Under the pieces are notes generated by a model. It worked only from the letters and a program-made list of their open reading frames with translations. It had not been told where the DNA came from and ran no database searches. From a virus: a stretch of DNA of 29,552 bases. Positions 23,769 to 29,552 of the stretch are shown piece by piece (position 1 is the stretch's first letter; every line of letters begins with the position of its first letter). The stretch is from IMG/VR virus record IMGVR_UViG_3300008452_005759. One strand, 5' to 3'. The translations under genes and the position numbers were made by a program.

Positions 23769-24020
23769 ATGAAGACTTACAGAAATGAAATTTACAATCA
23801 TACCTTTACCAACAGTTCTTTTATAGAAAAGGCTTCTTGGTTTAATGAAGGTAATATACTAATGCTTACTTTCGGTACCGGTTCCGTTTGGCACTACTAT
23901 GATGTTCCATTTGAAATTTATTCCGGTTTTATTAAAGCTCCATCTCATGGAAAATATTTTAATGAGAATATCAGAAACATTTACTCTGGAGAACGGGTAT
24001 ACTACACTTCTCAAGCTTAA
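23769..24020 (+). CDS. KTSC domain protein
   Basis: SSFIEKASWFNEGNILMLTFGTGSVWHYYDVPFEIYSGFIKAPSHGKYFNENIRNIY matches the KTSC-type pattern. Confidence 0.8.
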   Translation: MKTYRNEIYNHTFTNSSFIEKASWFNEGNILMLTFGTGSVWHYYDVPFEIYSGFIKAPSHGKYFNENIRNIYSGERVYYTSQA

Positions 24021-24029
24021 GGTTTTTTA

Positions 24030-24179
24030 ATGTCTAAAAGAAAAAAGAATAAAAATAAATATAAAAACAAGACTTATTCAAAGCCAGTTGCTTATTCTTA
24101 TTCTAGTTCTAAAGATATTAAACCTTTAGCTTTTCAAGTTTTTGGCTCTTTATATTATACTTCTCAAAAACAATCTTGA
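24030..24179 (+). CDS. 49-aa basic protein
   Basis: MSKRKKNKNKYKNKTYSKPVAYSYSSSKDIKPLAFQVFGSLYYTSQKQS*. Confidence 0.45.
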   Translation: MSKRKKNKNKYKNKTYSKPVAYSYSSSKDIKPLAFQVFGSLYYTSQKQS

Positions 24180-24204
24180 TAAATCCTATATTTTAGTGTA
24201 TACT
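24176..24204 (+). promoter_or_regulatory. sigma70-type promoter for the proteasome-like gene
   Basis: TTGATA - 17 nt - TATACT, followed by SD GAGGAT and ATG 24234. Confidence 0.6.
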
Positions 24205-24233
24205 AAATCAAAACACTAAACAGAGGATTTTAA

Positions 24234-24848
24234 ATGACTACAATACTCGCTATTCAAGGTCAAGGTTTTGCTACCGTCTCTGTTGATTCTCGCATATCTA
24301 CAATGGATGAGGGAGGATTTGCCTCTCAGATCACAACCCTAGGGGAAGGTTCTTCTAAGGTTGCTAGAGTCGGCAAGTATCTTTTAGGCGCTGCCGGCGA
24401 TATGAGAGCAATCAACATCTTGCACCATGTTTTTCAGCCCCCAACTTTGACTCCTGGTTTAACAGGAAAAAAGCTAGATCAATTTATTACAATGAAATTT
24501 GTTCCAGCTTTGCGCGACTGTTTTGAGAAACAGGGTTATGCTTCACCAGAAAATGACTCTGCGACGCACATTGCACAGCATGGGTCTACCATTCTTACAG
24601 TAGTAAATGGCTCCATATATGTTATCGATGGAGATTATTCTTGGACATCTGATTACCACGGTGTTTACGCTTTAGGAACTGGTTCTTCTTATGTTTTAGG
24701 TGCTGCAAACGCTTTGCTTGCCAATAAGAAGAACCTCACTCCTGCACAAATTAAAACCATTTCTCTCAAGGCTATGAGAATAGCTTCTAGCTTTGATCCA
24801 TATACTGGTCCACCTTTTTATACCCACACTCAAGAGGAAGAAAAATAA
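24234..24848 (+). CDS. proteasome beta/HslV-like Ntn (Thr) peptidase subunit
   Basis: M|TTILAIQGQGFATVSVDSRIS (Thr1; Asp17 exactly 17 residues in), SSKVARVGKYLLGAAGD, YALGTGSSYVLGAANALL, LSLKAMRIASSFDPYTGPPF. No propeptide. Confidence 0.83.
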   Translation: MTTILAIQGQGFATVSVDSRISTMDEGGFASQITTLGEGSSKVARVGKYLLGAAGDMRAINILHHVFQPPTLTPGLTGKKLDQFITMKFVPALRDCFEKQGYASPENDSATHIAQHGSTILTVVNGSIYVIDGDYSWTSDYHGVYALGTGSSYVLGAANALLANKKNLTPAQIKTISLKAMRIASSFDPYTGPPFYTHTQEEEK

Positions 24849-25273
24849 TGATTTCTGCTCCCTGGCCAATGCCTCAAAGTTCACTTAAAAGTTCTTCTCA
24901 ACCTCGGTTTATAGCTCAAAGTTTTTCTCTTGACGGATGTTATGATCCAAAAGGAAAAATTCCTTTTCCTAAAAATTCTTTTGATTCAACTCCTTATTTA
25001 GATCTTTATAATAAGCTTGACACTTTACCAATTGTGAAAGCTGGTTTTCCTACTGTTAAAGGAACTATTCAAGTTTCTCAAAGTCAACTTCCTCCTGAAG
25101 TTTTTGAAAAACATGCTTTTCCCGCCACAATTCAAACAACCGCTAAATATTTTGGTTTACCTTCTGAACATTTAGCTTCTGTTACTGTAGAAGCTTCTGA
25201 AGATTTTCTTAATACTTTTTTGTATACGGTCACAATAGAAAGATATTTGTCTGATTACGGCGAACCATTCTGA
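24848..25273 (+). CDS. hypothetical protein (141 aa)
   Basis: TAATG-coupled to the proteasome-like gene. Confidence 0.65.
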   Translation: MISAPWPMPQSSLKSSSQPRFIAQSFSLDGCYDPKGKIPFPKNSFDSTPYLDLYNKLDTLPIVKAGFPTVKGTIQVSQSQLPPEVFEKHAFPATIQTTAKYFGLPSEHLASVTVEASEDFLNTFLYTVTIERYLSDYGEPF

Positions 25274-25285
25274 TATAATATTTTC

Positions 25286-25543
25286 ATGGATTTTCTTTTA
25301 CAAGCAAAAATAGACAATATAATTTCTGAAATAGAAAATCAGCTAGAAAAAGATTTTGTTGACGATTCTATTGCAAGAACTTTAATGGCTGTTTCTATTA
25401 ATAGAATAAATCTCTTAATGACTCACATTGGTTTTTTAGAATCCAAACTAGAGTCTACAATTGAGTCTAATCGCATGATGGCTATTCATGCAGAAAACTT
25501 AATTGCAGAAAATCAAAGATTGTCACAAATAGCAAGGTATTAA
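25286..25543 (+). CDS. hypothetical helical protein
   Basis: 85-aa ORF. Confidence 0.6.
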   Translation: MDFLLQAKIDNIISEIENQLEKDFVDDSIARTLMAVSINRINLLMTHIGFLESKLESTIESNRMMAIHAENLIAENQRLSQIARY

Positions 25544-25544
25544 T

Positions 25545-25733
25545 ATGGCTCAACCAGATGATTTGATTAGGAAAAATCTTTCCTATCAATGGGGGCCAGA
25601 AGTTGTAGTACAATGTTGTAGATATTGGAAACTGCACATAACTGACGGAAATTGGGGCAACTGTGGAATCTGCAAACAAAGACCTAAACTTACACAACTA
25701 ACATGGGATGAATTAGATGAAATCAATAATTAA
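25545..25733 (+). CDS. small Cys-containing protein (62 aa)
   Basis: CCRYWKLHITDGNWGNCGICKQRP. Confidence 0.6.
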   Translation: MAQPDDLIRKNLSYQWGPEVVVQCCRYWKLHITDGNWGNCGICKQRPKLTQLTWDELDEINN

Positions 25734-26106
25734 CGCCATCAATAATTTAAGTATGGCAATTAACAACTTAGCTTCTTCTATCAAGAGCAAAAACGTTGTT
25801 ACCAGTGTAGCTTCTAAGTCTACAACTAGCAACCCTTATGCTGGTAACTCAAGTATAACAAAGTATTACTCTTATTCTAATTCTAAGGGTAAAAATTTAT
25901 TATCTGCTATTTCTGATGCAGAGCATAAAGCTCTTATGAGTATATATAATGCTATTACAGATAAAGGATCTCATCCTGATCATCATGAGCATATAATGAG
26001 AGAGCTTAAAACTAAGTGGCCAACTCTTTACAAAGCTTTAGATGAATTGATCTTGGCTCGCAGCAATCCTAAATATAGCTCTATTTGGAAAGAGAAAGAA
26101 CTCTAG
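25717..26106 (+). CDS. hypothetical protein
   Basis: 129-aa ORF. Confidence 0.6.
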   Translation: MKSIINAINNLSMAINNLASSIKSKNVVTSVASKSTTSNPYAGNSSITKYYSYSNSKGKNLLSAISDAEHKALMSIYNAITDKGSHPDHHEHIMRELKTKWPTLYKALDELILARSNPKYSSIWKEKEL

Positions 26107-26111
26107 AACTA

Positions 26112-26468
26112 ATGGTTGACCATGAGGCCATGCGCAATGCTTATTTAAGGGCAGTTGGCTCTGACGAGCAGATTCCAGCTCAATTTAAAAAACCCTATAG
26201 GGGTAAAATTGGGAAAAAATTTTTAAGGCCTTTTTCCTTTTTACCTTTTTCTTTGATTCTGAAAAAACTTTTTAAAAAAGATAGACTCACTGTAGTACTA
26301 AGGTCTTCTGAGACCTCAAAAAAAATTGAGGTTATTAAGTTTACTCCAGAAGAAACTGATACTATAATGAATGCAGCATCAACTATGCACATGACAGTAG
26401 AAGAACTTTTTCATCATGTTTTTAAGGAGATAATCAAAGATGCAGAAAGAAAAACTAACTTGCGATAA
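26112..26468 (+). CDS. hypothetical protein (118 aa)
   Basis: Start at ATG 26112 after upstream stop; C-terminal VIKFTPEETDTIMNAASTMHMTVEELFHHVF. Confidence 0.6.
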   Translation: MVDHEAMRNAYLRAVGSDEQIPAQFKKPYRGKIGKKFLRPFSFLPFSLILKKLFKKDRLTVVLRSSETSKKIEVIKFTPEETDTIMNAASTMHMTVEELFHHVFKEIIKDAERKTNLR

Positions 26469-26760
26469 CTGCCATAAAGACTGGCAGAGAATTCCTTCTA
26501 GAGGAAGAAAGCCAAAGCTATGTCCTTCTTGCATTACTGGTCCAGCTCAAGTCAAGGATTCTCCTAAGCCTGTATTGCAGAAGGTAGTGCAAAAGGTGAC
26601 ACAAGATGACTCTATGCCTTTTCCTGGCCCCACCAAATGGGCCTGCTCTTCTTGTGGGGCCTCTGTAAAAATAGAAATAGACATGAAGTACGCACCAACC
26701 CACCAGTGCAAAAAGCGCCTTAAAAGAACTTACGCTCTTGAATTAATACGGGAAGCGTAA
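26440..26760 (+). CDS. double zinc-ribbon protein
   Basis: LTCDNCHKDW...LCPSC and WACSSCGASVKIEIDMKYAPTHQCKKR. Confidence 0.7.
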   Translation: MQKEKLTCDNCHKDWQRIPSRGRKPKLCPSCITGPAQVKDSPKPVLQKVVQKVTQDDSMPFPGPTKWACSSCGASVKIEIDMKYAPTHQCKKRLKRTYALELIREA

Positions 26761-26873
26761 TTAAAAAATATTCATACAAAAAAGAACTTGTTATTTCTTT
26801 CACATAATTTTGTGAAATGATTCTCAAATATATCTGTTATTATAATGGTTGGAAAAAATTTTAAGGAGACCAT

Positions 26874-27011
26874 ATGCATTACGGTATTGATGAAATCATG
26901 ATCAAATATATGAGAAACACAGATTCTTTTAAAAAGAAAAAAGCACGCAACAAAGAAAGCCACTTTGTTGCTATCGCTCGCAAAGAGCGTAAGACTAAAC
27001 AAAAGATCTAA
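26874..27011 (+). CDS. 45-aa basic protein
   Basis: MHYGIDEIMIKYMRNTDSFKKKKARNKESHFVAIARKERKTKQKI*; preceded by AAGGAG. Confidence 0.5.
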   Translation: MHYGIDEIMIKYMRNTDSFKKKKARNKESHFVAIARKERKTKQKI

Positions 27012-27033
27012 TTTTTTAAACTAGAACCTCAGA

Positions 27034-27873
27034 TTACAGAATACCACGAGCAACTTTTATTGCTGTTTCTGTTGAGGAAACAACATTTTTTAAAGTTTTT
27101 CTAGACATAACTCCTGTTCTTAATTCTTTTAATGTTTGATTTATTGTTTCTTTTTCAAAACCACTAAATTCTCTTGCTACAGTTTCTCTGTCTCCTATTA
27201 AGGTAACAAAACCTTTAAGTCTTGCTTCCAAATTTTCAATAAGGCCATCGAAGTCTCCGCGTAGTCCACCAATAGTTTGCTCTTGAGCCATAGTTTCATC
27301 CGCACTAATGCCCGGAATAAAAAGTTGTGGCTTTAATCCTTGAAATGGTTTATCGGGAGATATTAAAGCATTACCGACTTCTATTGGACTATGTGGGTTG
27401 GTTCTTTGACCGAAAAGAAACCTTTCAGCATCAAGGGTTACTTGACTGTTTTTGCCAATTTTTAATATTTCTTTAGCGTCATTTGTATAGATTTCAGATC
27501 CTGAAAGAATATTAGGATCTGGACTAAGTCCTTGTAGTATTTCTTTGTTTACTGGTACCCTATATAAATCCATTATGTCTCTACCTTCGCCCTTAAGACC
27601 TCCCACAGAAAAGTCTTCGCTGTATGTTGAAGTAAACAAGTCTTGGCTGTAGATTGAAGAAAATGGATTAGTATAAAAATGCAATATCTTATCTTCAACA
27701 AATGAAGCGCCCGCTTTTTTAGCAGATTCTCTTGTAAATCCTTTCTCTAAAAGAGTTTCCCTCATGCTTTTAGGAGCAAAGTGATACAAATAGCCACTTG
27801 CCTCAAGAAAACCTTTTCTAGCATTAATTTTATTGAGCTCCTGTAAATTTTCCAAGGAACTCTCTGATATCAT
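27034..27873 (-). CDS. hypothetical protein (279 aa), possibly with N-terminal ADP-ribosyltransferase-like/LYH motif
   Basis: Long minus-strand ORF: ASGYLYHFAPKSMRETLLEKGFTRESAKKAG...; no overlapping + strand ORF of similar quality. Confidence 0.7.
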   Translation of the reverse strand: MISESSLENLQELNKINARKGFLEASGYLYHFAPKSMRETLLEKGFTRESAKKAGASFVEDKILHFYTNPFSSIYSQDLFTSTYSEDFSVGGLKGEGRDIMDLYRVPVNKEILQGLSPDPNILSGSEIYTNDAKEILKIGKNSQVTLDAERFLFGQRTNPHSPIEVGNALISPDKPFQGLKPQLFIPGISADETMAQEQTIGGLRGDFDGLIENLEARLKGFVTLIGDRETVAREFSGFEKETINQTLKELRTGVMSRKTLKNVVSSTETAIKVARGIL

Positions 27874-27901
27874 GTCGTGAATTCTCCTAAATCTAATGCC
27901 C

Positions 27902-28105
27902 CTAACATCTAATTCTGTTGATCCGACCGCGAGAAATTAAATTTCCAATTGTAAGAAGTCTTTTTTCTTTTGCCCTAAGATAAAGAGCAGATGGTGGATC
28001 TGCATATTTTCTGGGTGAAATTTCAGACAAAAATTCTTCTGTAATACCAGTTTGAAAAAATCTGTTGGTACCAAAAAATTGATCATAATCAGATCCAGGT
28101 TTCAA
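27902..28105 (-). CDS. hypothetical protein; start uncertain
   Basis: Minus ORF in same orientation as the 27034-27873 gene; start codon TTG, and an in-frame stop lies upstream. Confidence 0.4.
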   Translation of the reverse strand: MKPGSDYDQFFGTNRFFQTGITEEFLSEISPRKYADPPSALYLRAKEKRLLTIGNLISRGRINRIRC

Positions 28106-28254
28106 CGCTTCTTTTAACTTTTCTTGAATATTTAAAAATTCATTAACTGGAGCACCGTTGCATTACAAAAACCTTTTATTAATTAACACTACTAATATAG
28201 TAACAGGTATAGACTAGACCTCAAATCACACATTTTTCTGATATACTAGTTGTT

Positions 28255-28530
28255 ATGAATTACACAGATACATACAGAAGAATCTACGAAACAATTTCAA
28301 ATTTGGATATACCACACGAAAAAGCACACAGGGCTGCTTTAAAAATAACTGATTCTCTCAGTGAGATATATCTATACTCAAATAGACAATTTCCAGAGAA
28401 GCTGCCTGATATACTAGAAATAGCTGAAGTCTTCTGTGCCGAAGCTAAACTCGGTGGCTATGACATAGATGATAAAGGCTATCCAGTAGGTTATGGTATT
28501 AAGGCAGACGGATTAAAAAGCAGCAAGTAG
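28255..28530 (+). CDS. hypothetical protein (91 aa)
   Basis: ORF divergent from the minus-strand pair. Confidence 0.6.
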   Translation: MNYTDTYRRIYETISNLDIPHEKAHRAALKITDSLSEIYLYSNRQFPEKLPDILEIAEVFCAEAKLGGYDIDDKGYPVGYGIKADGLKSSK

Positions 28531-28608
28531 TACGTGCGCCAATTCTTAATTAAGTTAACGATAAATAAGATCATATCTATAAAGCCCATGGTGAGATAGT
28601 ACAGTTCT

Positions 28609-28682
<74 letters not shown>

Positions 28683-28703
28683 ATTTAAACAAGAAAGAAT
28701 AAA

Positions 28704-29552
28704 ATGAAAAAGAGAGTATTTTTAACAGGTGCTGGTGGATTTGTGGGTCACCACACATTAGAGCACATCCTAAAGACAACGGATTGGGACGTAGTAATTA
28801 GTGATTCGTTCCGTCATCGTGGAGTGACAGACAGAGTTACATCTATAGCCTGCTGGAAAGCCGAAAGACATCGTGTTCAGCTCATTACTCATGACCTAAC
28901 TGTTCCTTTTTCTGACGTCATGATTAAAGACATGGGCCACATTGACTACATTATTTCTATGGCATCAGACTCACATGTGGATAGATCAATTACAGATCCC
29001 GCACCATTTATCATGAACAATGTGGCTTTGGTTGTAAATATGCTCGAGCTTGCTCGCAAGATTCAACCTGAAGTATTCCTTCATGTATCAACAGACGAGG
29101 TATATGGAGCAGCACCGAAAGGCTACGCACACAAAGAATGGGATACAATCCTTCCATCCAATCCATACTCTGGCTCTAAAGCTGCACAGGAAGCTGCATG
29201 CATATCATATTGGAGAACATTCGGAGTTCCAGTAATTATTACCAACACAATGAATATTATTGGTGAGCGTCAAGATCCAGAGAAGTTTGTTCCAAAGATT
29301 ATGTATTGCTTGGAAAAGAATATTCCAATGACAATTCACGGAACACCAGAAAACATTGGATCTAGATTCTATCTTCACGCAAGAAACCAAGCTGACGCAT
29401 TAGTTTTTATTTTAAAGAATCTTTCACCAGTGGCATACCCAAATGCTGACAGACCTGATAAATATCATATTGTTGGAGAAAGAGAAGTGAATAACTTAGA
29501 GATGGCTAAGCTTGTTGCCTTTTATTGGGGCAAGGAACTTAAGTTTGAGTTT
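28704..29552 (+). CDS. NAD-dependent epimerase/dehydratase (RmlB / dTDP-glucose 4,6-dehydratase-like), truncated at window end
   Basis: MKKRVFLTGAGGFVGHHTLEHIL (GxxGxxG), SMASDSHVDRSI, STDEVYG, NPYSGSKAAQE (YxxxK), open to window end. Confidence 0.92.
   Translation, partial: MKKRVFLTGAGGFVGHHTLEHILKTTDWDVVISDSFRHRGVTDRVTSIACWKAERHRVQLITHDLTVPFSDVMIKDMGHIDYIISMASDSHVDRSITDPAPFIMNNVALVVNMLELARKIQPEVFLHVSTDEVYGAAPKGYAHKEWDTILPSNPYSGSKAAQEAACISYWRTFGVPVIITNTMNIIGERQDPEKFVPKIMYCLEKNIPMTIHGTPENIGSRFYLHARNQADALVFILKNLSPVAYPNADRPDKYHIVGEREVNNLEMAKLVAFYWGKELKFEF

Noticed and set aside
26840-26847. TATAAT upstream of the 26874 gene as a promoter
   Set aside because: The -10 is perfect but no recognisable -35 at 16-18 nt; left uncalled.

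Overview
This is a window of a low-GC tailed-phage genome with an actinobacterial host signature (WhiB-like regulator). It is densely packed, almost entirely on the + strand, with 8 tRNA genes and many small ORFs. The main signal is a contiguous ubiquitin-like conjugation module at about 8.86-15.1 kb. In order it contains: a putative E2-like domain fused to Cys-rich treble-clef/RING-like modules (8860-10680); a JAMM/MPN protease with an intact ExnHSHPx7SxxD-type motif and a Cys-rich C-terminus (10725-12431); a ThiF/E1-like adenylating enzyme (12424-13173); a stand-alone 83-aa beta-grasp ubiquitin-like protein ending ...RRAGEKG with atypically GC-rich, 'highly expressed' codon usage (13191-13442); a very strong intrinsic terminator; and a Cdc48/Ycf46-like AAA+ ATPase (13540-15141). 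About 9 kb downstream, behind a consensus-like promoter, lies a proteasome-beta/HslV-like Ntn hydrolase (24234-24848) with mature Thr1 and Asp17. Together these suggest a phage-encoded ubiquitin-proteasome-like pathway. Two large proteins between them (17728-18972, 18956-20197) appear to share a divergent motif block with the putative E2. Other features: the C-terminal part of a subtilase, an M50 metalloprotease, SSB, a UDG-superfamily protein, a MerR-like regulator, a KTSC protein, and a partial RmlB-like NAD-dependent epimerase/dehydratase. Unusual non-coding features are a roughly 285-nt multi-helix candidate structured RNA (6177-6461), a nested hairpin abutting tRNA-Met, and a repeated tRNA junction in which 'CT-ATG' follows the discriminator base at four different tRNAs, suggesting tRNA processing may create leaderless mRNAs. 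All family calls come from reading motifs by eye. No database search was possible.
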